Below the pieces are notes generated by a model. It searched no databases. It was given only the letters and a program-made list of their open reading frames with translations, and was not told where the DNA came from. Position numbers and translations under genes: made by a program. Shown piece by piece: positions 24,415-35,397 of a stretch of DNA of 64,000 nucleotides (the stretch's first letter is position 1; every line of letters begins with the position of its first letter). The stretch spans positions 806,001 to 870,000 of the forward strand of contig OZ287072.1 in the NCBI GenBank assembly GCA_965645245.1, given 5' to 3'. This stretch comes from Massalongia carnosa. Lineage: Eukaryota.

Positions 24415-25488
24415 TTATGACATCAAAACATCTGCTTGTGCAGTATCATGACCCTGGCCACGTTGTAAACTCTCCCTAAGGGTTGCCCAGCTCACTCCAT
24501 CTATTTTTCGACCAGCTATATCTTTTCCATGTTCAAGAAGAAAAGTCGGATCTCCCCTCGCTAATCCCCTCATAATAACGGTATCACCGGCCCCAGGTAG
24601 CTCTCTCCCTTCGCCATCTTTCAGGTAACCTTCAAACCAGACTCCTTCCTCATCATCGAGTGGAAGACTGATCAGCTCCACGCTTCTCCGAGCCCGGACG
24701 CTCCCACTAGAATGTGCCAAGACAAAGCTGATGAGTTTCTCGAATAAACTTTGATGGAAAAACTCGCCTTGTTCACGTGAAAAGTAGAACGCTTCGGTGA
24801 TGCTAGAACGGCACAAAACAAAGAAAAACGCTTCTAGAACCTTATCAGAAGCGATGCTGGGCGAGACGCTATGATAATATGCTAATGGAAGGTTGCTGTC
24901 ATGCTCCGAGGCATGGCGACAAAGGGTGTGAAGGATTTCTTCGGGAAAGGTTGGGATAAGCGCAGGTTCTGTAAGGTATTCCAGCGCTCTCTTCAGCGAG
25001 AAGCTATCAGCTACGACGAACCGAGAAATTCCGAGTAAAGAGTTACCTCAAATTTCAATTTGTCAAGATACCACAAGCCGTCGACAAAAATCCTATATTT
25101 CTCAGGCAAGTAAAATGCTCTAGCAAACTCCATAGCTGCTTGACGTCTCGAATTTGGAATGTCCTTCAATAGGTAATAAAGTATAGATAGTTTATGATGA
25201 TCGGGAGATTCGCTGGACATAATTCGCCCATGGAGATTTCTTAAATCTTGTGCTGATCTTGGTGGATACAGCTTAGTTGCTTGAAAGTCCCGCGTCAGTG
25301 GCAAGTAAATATTATCCATCAGTATTGCTCTCACATTTTTCAATGCCCAAAGCTTTCAATAAACGGTCCACAAAAAGTAAGTTTTCTAGTGCCCGGCGGT
25401 TACGTGCAATATCCTCGATTGTATTTTGGTTATAGGCGACTTCGGGATTAGAGCCAAATACAGCTTCAAAGGTGTCAATTTTCTCCAT
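24415..25488 (-). CDS. ELYS-domain nuclear pore assembly protein (Ely5-like), 3 exons
   Basis: The spliced product has LFVDRLLKALGI|..KLYPPRS..DLRNLH...HHKLSILYYLLKD...FYLPEKYRIFVDGLWYLDKLKFE|RALEYLTEPALIPTFPEEIL...SITEAFYFSR, matching my recall of the fungal ELYS domain. Confidence 0.8.
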
Positions 25489-25695
25489 TTTCCAGCTGTA
25501 GTAGGAAAGTTTTCCTGCAAAAATGAAGTATCTCTGAATGATAGTTTCTCTCCGGAGCATGATTGGTGGAGAGTAGCGGGTAGGGCTGACGATGATAAAC
25601 AAAGTTGGTCGCGACGCTGGGAGGTAAACAATAAGCTCAACTGACGCTCAACATTTTACTCCTTGCGACTACGCAGTCGTGCCCAAAGCTGTTCA

Positions 25696-28600
25696 ATGGC
25701 TACCATTTCTCCCACACGACCTTCGCGGAGGGTAGTAGCTCGCAAGAAAGTAATTTTAGAAGAATCTGATGACGATGAATCTACCCCTCAACCTCAGAGA
25801 AAGGGCTTCGATGATGGCGATGATTTCACACCAGCGCCTCAACAGAGCCCGCGACGACAACCGCGAAGAAAAACCGCTGAGCCGCCTTCAACGCCTAGGG
25901 CTGCGTCGCGTCATCAAAAGATGCGAACTGGTGAAAGCATTGAACCATCTCAAATCTTCAAGGCGGAACAAATCGTCCCCTCAGAACCTGTTTCTCCGAC
26001 AAGGAAACCTTCGCCGAGAAAGCGGAAGAGTGTGGCAGTGCCTCGAAATAGTCGGGTTTCTGTCTCTGTGGACCCTCCGTTATTGTTACCGACGCCCCAG
26101 CCTTCGGTGACACCTGAGATGTCACACATGCATGGAACACCATTGGCAGATATCACCGATACAACTCTTAACGAGCAGGTGCCACCGATAAGCAGTCAAC
26201 AGGAATTTGTACCCGTCAAGACAATGGATTTGGTTTTGGAGAAACCAATGGATATTGTTGTAAGATCTAGAGCCCTAGCAGTTCCTACTACACCGGAAGG
26301 CACGGGCCCACGAGCAAGAACTGTAATCAAATATCTAGTCCTTACAAATTTCAAAAGCTACGCTGGAAAACAAGAGGTTGGACCATTTCATGCATCTTTT
26401 TCTTCCGTTGTAGGACCTAATGGATCGGGAAAATCAAATGTCATTGATTCATTACTTTTCGTGTTTGGATTCCGGGCCAGTAAAATGAGGCAAGGAAAGA
26501 TCTCAGCGCTCATCCATAATTCTGCGGGCTTTCCAAACTTGGAATTCTGTGAGGTTGAAGTAATATTTGAAGAAGTTACGGATCTTGTATGTCGCTCATG
26601 TGTGCTCTATTCGCAAGGTACTAACTACTCGCAGCCAGACGGAAAGCAAGAGATAATTCCTGACTCAACTTTGGTCATCTCTCGTAAGGCTTTCAAAAGC
26701 AACGCTAGCAAGTACTACATCAACAACAAGGAATCCAATTTCACAACAGTCACCACACTGCTCAAAGAAAGAGGTGTGGACCTCGACCACAAACGTTTTC
26801 TGATCCTGCAAGGAGAAGTGGAATCCATTGCTCAGATGAAGCCCAAAGCTGCAAGTGAGCATGATGATGGCTTACTGGAGTATTTAGAAGACATAATAGG
26901 GACTTCTAAGTATAAATCTCCAATTGAGGAGTCAGCAACCGAGGTAGACATGCTCAACGAGGTATGCATGGAGAAGGGAGCCCGAGTGCAGCATGTAGAA
27001 AAGGAAAGAAGTAGCTTGGAAGATAAGAAAAACAAGGCTCTGGCCTTTATTAAGGATGAGAATGACCTCGCCTTCAAGCAATCTGCCCTGTATCAAGTCT
27101 ATATGGACGAATGTGGAGATAATCTCAAGGTTACGGAAGAAGCCATCGGAAACATGCAGAGTCAGCTTAATGCTGAACTTGAGAAACATCAAGGCAATGA
27201 AGATGGTATCAAGGCCGTGGAGGAAAATTACAGGCGCGGTTCTAAGGAGTATGAAGCCCTGCAAAAGGCGACCCAAGCTGTACTCAAAGAAATGGCAAAG
27301 TTCGATCGAGAGAACGTAAAGTACGAGGAGAAACAGAAGTTCCTCAGGAACAAGCAGAACAAGTTGGAGAAGGCGTTGCAATTAAGTCGACTTGCCGGTT
27401 CTGAAGCGAATAGTCTTATTGGAAAGTACTCTGACGACATAGAACGCAATACTAGTGAGATCGCTATGTTGGAAGAGAGCATGCAAACCGAGGAGAAGGA
27501 GCTGAACTCAATTCGAGAAGGATTAAAGGGGAAGACTCAAGCCTTTTCAGATAAGATATCGGCAAAGCAAAAACTGCTTGAACCGTGGAATGCTAAGATT
27601 AACCAGAACCAATCTGCGATCGCCGTTGCTCAAAGCGAGCTCGAAATTTTACGTGAAAGATCATCTGCCGGAGCTGTCGCTCTTGACGAAGTTCAGGAGA
27701 AGATACGATGCATCGAGGGAAGCCATTCAAGTAAAGAAGTTGAGGTGAAGGACTTCCAAGCACGAAAACTACAAGTGGAAAAAGAGTCAAGTAAGATACG
27801 AAATGAGCTAGCTAAGCTTGCACAGATGGAACCTGATATGCGGTCTCAGATTTCAGGAGCTCGCCAACGAGCAGACGAAGCAAGAGCCAGCTTATCGATC
27901 TCGCAAACCCAGGGCAATGTGCTGAGTGGGTTGATGCGATTAAAAGAATCCGGTCGCATCGATGGTTTTCATGGACGACTTGGAAATCTTGGGGCAATCG
28001 ACCAGAAATATGACGTCGCCATATCCACCGCTTGTCCTTCTCTTGAGAATATCGTCGTTGACTCCGTTGAGGTTGGCCAGCAATGCATCGATTATCTTCG
28101 CAAGAATAACATTGGAAGAGCTAACATAATACTGCTTGACCGACTTGCCAGGAGAGATTTGTCGCCAGTGAATACTCCCGAAGGAGTGCCTCGACTATTT
28201 GATTTGGTGAAATCAAAGGATGACATTTTTCGGCCTGCCTTCTATAGTGTGCTACAGAACACTCTTGTTGCAAAAGATCTTGAACAAGCGAACCGCATTG
28301 CTTATGGTGCTCGAAGATGGAGGGTTGTCACGCTTGACGGGCAGCTTATTGATGTGTCTGGAACCATGAGCGGCGGTGGCACACGTGTGGCTCGTGGGGG
28401 CATGTCTTCGAAACTTGTTCCGGAGACTTCAAAAGAACAAGTATCGAAACTAGAGATTGACCGGGACAAGTTAGAGCAGGAGTTATATGTCTTTCAAGAT
28501 AGGCAGCGGGAGCTCGAGAATACTTTGAAAGACTTAAATAACCAAATCCCCCAGATAGAGACGTCAATACAAAAGGCGACATTGGAGATTGAGAGCTTCA

Positions 28601-30269
28601 AAAGAGATCTTGCAGATGCCCAGCGTCGAGTCATTGAACTTACAGTTATCCAGCAACCTTCTAAGTCCGACAACGCAAGGGTAGTTGCCCTGGAGAAACA
28701 GATCTCAAACCTCGAGAAAGAGGCTGAAAAATTACATGCAGAAACCGCCGACGTTGAAGTTGAAATCAAAGAGCTTCAAAACAAGATAATGGAGATAGGG
28801 GGCGTAAGGTTGAGAGGCCAAAAAGCAAAAGTTGATGGCCTGAAGGAGCAGATCGGGACTGTAGCAGAGGAAATATCAAACTCGGAGGTCGCCAAGACGA
28901 AATCCGAGAAGCAGAAAACGAAGCACGCGAAGTCTTTTGCAGAGATAGAAAGGGAGCTGGCAGCAGCAGCTGAGGAACTTGAGATCTTGGCTGCGGAAGT
29001 TGCAAGTCAAGTAAGAGACGCTTCTGCCCACAAGCACCAGGCGGAGGAAGCTCAAGAGGTAAAGAGCTATGCGAAATAGGCCTGTCTTGATATTTACGTA
29101 GCTGACATAGTACTTTTAGACGCTCGATACGAAACAGGAAGAACTGTCAGCTCTCAAACGTGACTTCGACGAGAAAACGGCAGAATTAAACGAAACCCGG
29201 GCGGTGGAGATTGAGATGCGTAATCGATTGGAGGAAAACCAGAAGGTCTTAGTTGAAAACCAGAAGCGGTTAAGATACTGGAGTGATAAGCATAGCAAAA
29301 TCTCCATACAAAGTATCAGGTATGATGGAAAGGATTTTTGGTCAACGATCACATAGCTAATCTTGGGGTATAGTGACCTTGGTGAAGAGCGAGCTGCAGA
29401 GGAGCTTCCGCAATACACCAAAGACGAGCTTGCCGACATGGACAAGGACTCTCTCAAAGGCGAGATTGTCATCCTGGAGGAAAAGACCCAGAACGTGAAC
29501 GTCGAGCTGGGAGTTCTCGCAGAATATCGCCGTCGAGTAGAGGAGCATACGGCGCGAAGCAGTGATCTCCAATCCGCGGTGACGGCTCGAGACACAGCCA
29601 AAAAGCGCAGTGACGAGCTCCGCAAACTTCGGCTTGAGGGCTTCATGCAAGGGTTCAGTCTGATTTCGCTGCGGCTCAAGGAAATGTATCAAATGATCAC
29701 CATGGGCGGAAATGCCGAGCTGGAGCTTGTCGACTCGCTGGACCCGTTCTCGGAGGGGATTCTCTTTAGCGTAATGCCGCCCAAGAAGTCGTGGAAGAAC
29801 ATCAGCAATCTCTCGGGTGGCGAGAAGACGTTGAGTAGTTTGGCGCTGGTCTTTGCGCTTCATCATTATAAACCCACGCCGCTATACGTGATGGATGAGA
29901 TAGATGCTGCGCTGGATTTTAGAAACGTATGTGTATATCTAGATCGTGGACTATGTATGGGGGAGATGGCTAATGCGTTTCAGGTTTCTATTGTGGCGAG
30001 CTATATTAAAGAGCGCACGAAGAACGCGCAATTCATCGTCATATCGTTGCGAAACAACATGGTATGATCCATCGGCCCTAACACCTTGGCTAAGATACTA
30101 ACTCTCCACAGTTCGAGCTCGCTTCCCGACTAGTTGGTGTTTATAAGGTCAATCATATGGTACGGTCTAGAAGCACTCTCAAGATTTCAAATGACCCGAC
30201 TAACACCCTTCAAAGACGAAAAGCGTCACGGTGGAGAACCGAGACTATATCACAGATCGTGCTTCGTGA
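25696..30269 (+). CDS. SMC4: Condensin SMC subunit Smc4/Cut3
   Basis: It has a Walker A (GPNGSGKSN), a hinge (GFHGRLGNLG...GTMSGGG), signature LSGGEKT, Walker B (YVMDEIDAALD), and ends TKSVTVENRDYITDRAS*. Multiple GT-AG introns. Confidence 0.97.
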
Positions 30270-30685
30270 CTGGGGGGTCATTAGCCAATCTGTCTCACTC
30301 AAGAAGTGCCAATGTACACTCTTAACGTAGCAGGAGGTCTCTGGTCATGGTTGGCAAAGAGGGATATCAATGAAGGTGTCTAGCTTGCATTTGAATCTTA
30401 ATTGAAGTATTATACCGCACTGCTATTTTGTTTCCACGCTTGACTACATTGTATTGGTCGTCTACTATGCAGTTCGTCTATGGGTATTGAGGTTTTCGGA
30501 AAGGGATGTAAGCAGATACGGATTTTTGCAGGAGGAAATTTCGTGAGTTTACGGTTAGATAGTCCTACCTAGTAAACAACGCATGTCCACACAAGAAATT
30601 TTTGCTTTTTCGTCGGTTTTGGCTCTTCAAGTGTATCTTTCCATGTTGCTCTTTGTTCCCTACGTCTTTCCCACGTTCCTAGATT

Positions 30686-31078
30686 AAACCGTCATTTGGT
30701 CGGATTCTGTGGCATCATTCCTCGGGAAAAGCCAGAGATAATGGCAGCGAAGCCGACAAGGACAAAGCCGAACCCCCAGGTCTCGGTCCCTTGGTTCAGA
30801 GCTATTGATTCAAAAGAAATATAGAAGAAATTGGGATGGGATTTTGCTGCTAACCCATCCACTAACCACGACTCTTTGTTCCGGCCAAGCAAAACAAAAG
30901 GCTTCAGTATGATCGTAAACGATCGCACAGCAGAGCTTCCTGCCTTGTAGAAGCTATGGGGGGAATGGCCTCTCGCAAATGGGATGTTCTTAAGGCCAAA
31001 GGCCTAAAGATTCGATAACTATGCCTTTCTACAGAACAGATTGCAAAGGCCTTCGAACTAAGAAATTTACGGTTTTTT
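30686..31078. ncRNA. Candidate structured non-coding RNA of unknown family (multi-hairpin element with terminal stem)
   Basis: AAACCGT (30686-30692) is complementary to ACGGTTT (31069-31075), which runs into T6. Eight internal inverted repeats lie between them (see findings). There is no credible coding frame and the strand is not resolved. Confidence 0.4.
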
Positions 31079-31500
31079 CTTTCGGGAAGGGAGAGTCCTA
31101 TCCATTATCATATTGTGGAGCTGTTTGGTGGTTGGTTCGCTGGGGATGTTTTGGTTTGGTGGCTTAAAGGAAGAAGGTACATACTTGATATGGCGTGAAA
31201 GGTCTTGGTAAGAGTGTGCGAGAGGGTAGCCTGCTTGTACAAGAATCCGGACAATCTATATGAATCCTTTGGTAGGGTAGATTCAAGGAAGCCTCTCTTC
31301 TGATATATCATGTTTATGATTCTTGTAAAGAGCGGTTCTTGCAAGATCGAAGAAGCAGACCAGGCTTAAAACGAATGCACTCTTAGCTATTGTATTAAAA
31401 TTTAGCTCAATGATACCGTAATCAAATCTGCATGCTAAACTTTCAGTCACTCAACTCACGCCACCTTCAAGAAAATCCCTTTGGGAAAACAACCCATTGA

Positions 31501-32021
31501 ATGGCTGCCCATCACCTTAGCATCGAGGATGTATGTTGAACTGCCATCGCGCCCGTGTGGAAAGCTAATCACAAGGTAGTTCTTCTCTCGTCTATCCGCG
31601 CTTTTCGAATCCTGCCGGAAAGTCGATCATGGATCCATCTTCCTGACTCAGAAACGATGTATGCTTTCTCCCATAAACTCCCACAGCTCCGTTCCCTAAC
31701 CTCCCCTTCGTAGTGACCTCGCCATCCGAACCCTCCTCCAACCCACCCACCCCATCTGATTCTCCCTTTCCCGATCTCAATCCTGCCTCGCCACTTCCAG
31801 TCCTCATGCGCGCGACCAATGGTAAATCAAAAGAGCATCGCGCAGATAAGATCAAGCTGTCCACGATTGTGGAGGCGGATCAGCTGGAGGGGTTCTTTGT
31901 GAGGTACGCGGAGGTTTGTAAGTGGGGAATGCAAGGGCTAAAGAAAAGGGATCGAAGTAAGAATAAGGCGAAGGCCAAGAAGAGGAAGGTGGGGGTTGGG
32001 GAGGGGGAGAAGAAGACTTAG
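31501..32021 (+). CDS. SRP14: Signal recognition particle 14 kDa subunit
   Basis: Three exons: MAAHHLSIED | FFSRLSALFESCRKVDHGSIFLTQKR | L...VLMRATNGK...IKLSTIVEADQLEGFFVRYAEVCKWGMQGLKKRDRSK. Confidence 0.93.
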
Positions 32022-32324
32022 GGAATGAGCGAAGAAGGGTAATCGGTCAGAGGCAGAGGCTTTCGAGTAAGATACGCGGACAGATCCTTTTACTCGGTTG
32101 CGTTTAATATTGAACAAACTAAAATAATTTAAAAAGAAATATATTGTCCCGGATCTACAGCCTCTTCACAAAGGTTCATGCGTTTCTCAGAGAATGCCCT
32201 AGCTCGTAGTCTGTACTCCTTATCCATAGGGCTTCAATAAATCCGCTAGTTATCTTAAGTCCGTACAATCTCCGGCCAAAATTCTGTGCGAACTTTGAAT
32301 ATCCACTGCACCTTATCACATCAA

Positions 32325-35061
32325 ATGCGCCACCCAACTCATAACACCGCGAAGCTTCCACGAAAACTGCTTGAGGAGCTTGACGTCGCAGGTAATTTTC
32401 ATCTATATAATCTTCATATAACCTCCAGAATTCTAACGGAGCCGAGAAGATGATCATGTTGCAAACCATGGAAAACGAACTGGACCTAGTCTTCGTAAGG
32501 AGCGAAGAAAGGCCGCCAGAGTTGAGAAAAAGACAAAGCCTTCACCAGCAAGAAAGATCTTGGCCACTGTGCGCTCAACGCAGCCGTCAAGCAATCACAA
32601 GCGGGAAGCGATGATAATCGATGAGCCCCCATCTGGCATCTCGCGAGGTAAAATCAGGCATAAAAATGAACAACCCGGTTTTTCAAAATCGATACTCAAG
32701 AAGGCAAAGTCTAAAGCGATTTCGGAGTTTGCATCGAGAGGCCACGTCTCGCTCTCATCTTCACCACCTCCACCACCTCCACAGCCAGAAATTTCCCGAG
32801 GGACTAAAGAAAGGCTACTTGCTGATGATGCGGAAATCGCTGCTTTGGAAAAAGCTTTGGGGCTAAAGGCAAGCAAAGGTCTACCGAAATCTTTCACGGA
32901 TGATGGCCTGGATACATTGCTGGATGGATTAGATGATCCTCAAGGTACGGAGGAAATTTTGCCAGGGAAGAGGAAGAGGTCAGACGGAGAAGATTGGCTA
33001 AATAAAAAACGTCACAAAGCTCAAGACGATACCTCTCCGGCCAGGAAAAGCAATGAAGATGGTGCCCCAAAGCTAGATACTGCAGAATGGAGGGAAGGCA
33101 GCAGCACTGATGGCAGTCAAGAAGACTCGGAAGAGGGTGATGATTTCAATTTTTCAGATGGGTATTCCTTATCACCAGCATCAGAACCAGAAACCCGAAA
33201 GTTCCGAGAGAACCCATATATAGCCCCTATGACTGCCTCTGACGACGTAGCCACAACAAAATATGTTCCACCTTCACTGCGAAACAAAAATATTGCCGTT
33301 GCTGAAGATCTTTCCCCACTGCGACGCCAGCTTCAAGGCCTTCTCAACCGTCTTTCAGAAGATAATATTGTCTCCATTCTTGGGGATGTTGAAAGGCTAT
33401 ATCAAAATAATGCTCGGCAGCACGTGTCGACCACACTCCTTAATTTGCTGATGGGACTCCTTAGTGACCCAGCAAGTCTTCAAGATACTTTCATAATCCT
33501 GCACGCAGGTTTTATTGCAGCTATCTATAAAATAATTGGGACAGATTTTGGAGCGCAGGCAATACACAGGATAGATGAAGAGTTTGCTGAACATTTCCCA
33601 TTTGAAGCAAAAATTGATAGCCATGGCAAAAGGTCGACGAATCTAGTTAGCTTACTGGCGGAGCTGTATAATTTTCAGATCATTAGCAGCAACTTAATCT
33701 ACGACTTTATCCGGCTCTTCCTTGAAGATTTATCGGAAACAAGTACTGAGCTTATCTTGAAAATCATGCGAAGTAAGTCTATAAATCTTAATCGAGACTA
33801 AGTCTCCTTCCAATCAGCAGGTTTCTTATAAATGTAGATTCTGGACCTCAATTACGGCAAGATGATGCGTCTTCTCTGAAGGATATAGTTCTCCTACTGC
33901 AGTCAGCAGTAGCTAAAAAGGGCGAGGACAATCTTTCAGTGCGGGCAAAGTTCATGATCGAGACTATCAACAATCTCAAGAATAACCGCATGAAGACTAG
34001 TATCGCCACATCCACAATTGCTTCTGAGCATACCATTCGCATGAAAAAGACCCTTGGCACACTGAATACACGAACCGTTCGGGCCAGTGAACCGCTTCGG
34101 ATTGGACTCAAAGATCTTCGGGAATCCAACAAACGAGGTAAATGGTGGCTTGTGGGAGCGAGTTACAAGGATGAGAGCCCAGATCAACGAGCAGAAACCA
34201 AGCAGAATAAGAAGTCTACCAGCATCAGCCAAGATCCAGGTTTCATAGATAGCACATCTACCGATCTTGTTCAGCTTGCTCGAGAACAGCGTATGAACAC
34301 TGATGTCAGACGCTCGATCTTTATTGCGATCATGTCAGCGACCGATTATAAAGATGCATATCTTCGCCTCCAGAAGCTTCGGTTGAAAAAGGCACAGGAA
34401 CTAGAAATTCCAAAAGTGATCATCCATTGCGCTGGAGCGGAGGAAGTATATAATCCGTTTTACTCCTTGATTGCTAGGCGTGTATGCTCTGAGCGGAAGT
34501 TAAAGATGGCGTTCCAATTCTCGTTATGGGACCTCTTCAGGCGAATGGGTGAAGGGAAGAATGATGGCTCAGATGGCTCAGATGACTCGGACGACTCGGA
34601 CGGGGATGCGTTGAGCTTGAGAAGTCTTGTTAATCTTGCTAAACTATTCGGTGTCCTCATTGCAGAAGGCGGACTAAAGATTAGTGTTCTGAAGGTAGGT
34701 CTTACCTATCTGAGATATTCGTTTATTTGGGCCTTAATTGCTGAACATTTTATAGACACTCAACTTTGCCTACTTGCAGCCAAAAACTCGAACTTTCGTC
34801 GAGCTTCTACTCATCACAGTCATCCTTCATTCTCAACAGGGCAAGGATACGAAGAGAGACGAGAAGTCTATCATGGAGCTTTTCTTGTTGTCAAAGAATA
34901 TTCCGAACCTGGCCAGAGGCTTGCAGTATTTTCTGAAGAAGGTCGTCAGCAAGACAGACGTTGCTGGTAGCAAACAGGATCGCGAAACTGTCAAATGGGG
35001 CTGTAGGGTGGCGGGCGATGCTTTGAAGGTTGTAGCATCATCGATGGTCACGGACGAATAA
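32325..35061 (+). CDS. SGD1: Sgd1/NOM1 nucleolar MIF4G + MA3 domain protein
   Basis: Start MRHPTHNTAKLPRKLLEEL, then KYVPPSLR...LRRQLQGLLNRLSEDNI (MIF4G), GKWWLVGAS, and QRMNTDVRRSIFIAIMSATDYKDA (MA3). The model joins ORFs 32560-33801, 33939-34970 and 34774-35061. Confidence 0.9.
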
Positions 35062-35397
35062 AGGTAAACGATCTTAACGTCGCATGATTTGATGGAATAA
35101 CATACTGGTGAGGCAAATGGCAGCCGACTATGGTATACTATAGTAATAATCAACAAGAAAACAGTTAACTACCTGTTCGCTCAAAGCCCCTAACCAATGA
35201 TTCGAATGAAGTTAACAATTGGCTCTCCTCCTTGCAAGGCAATTTGTAGTCCACTTGCCGAGCCCGGCAAAAATTTTCCGATTTACATCACCACCACCTA
35301 GGTAATCTACTGTATTTGGGGCCTGACTTTGCGATTGATCAGCGTTGCTGCTGTTGTTCTCTGTGTCTATCTTTCACATCTCCTCGTTTCTTTCGTA

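Noticed and set aside
24728..24746. CTGATGAG...GAA hammerhead-like core
   Set aside because: The required three stems and cleavage triplet are missing, and it lies antisense within ELYS coding sequence.
30673..30692. snR30/U17 m1/m2-like motifs (ACGTTCCTA, AAACCGT)
   Set aside because: They are only 4 nt apart, with no apical hairpin, basal stem or terminal ACA box, which is incompatible with the snR30 3' hairpin.
30699..30757. HDV-like ribozyme words (TTCCTCG, GCGAA)
   Set aside because: The nested P1/P2/P3 double-pseudoknot pairings could not be built.
30850..30867. CTAACCC telomerase-template-like words (also CAACCCTAA on - near 61509-61517)
   Set aside because: The template is incomplete and the first copy is base-paired in a hairpin. 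I recognised no pseudoknot or CR4/5 domain.
30985..31016. Resemblance on - to the U2 snRNA 5' end (CGAATCT..GCCTTTGGC..AAGA)
   Set aside because: It lacks the invariant GTGTAGTA branch-recognition sequence in the correct position.
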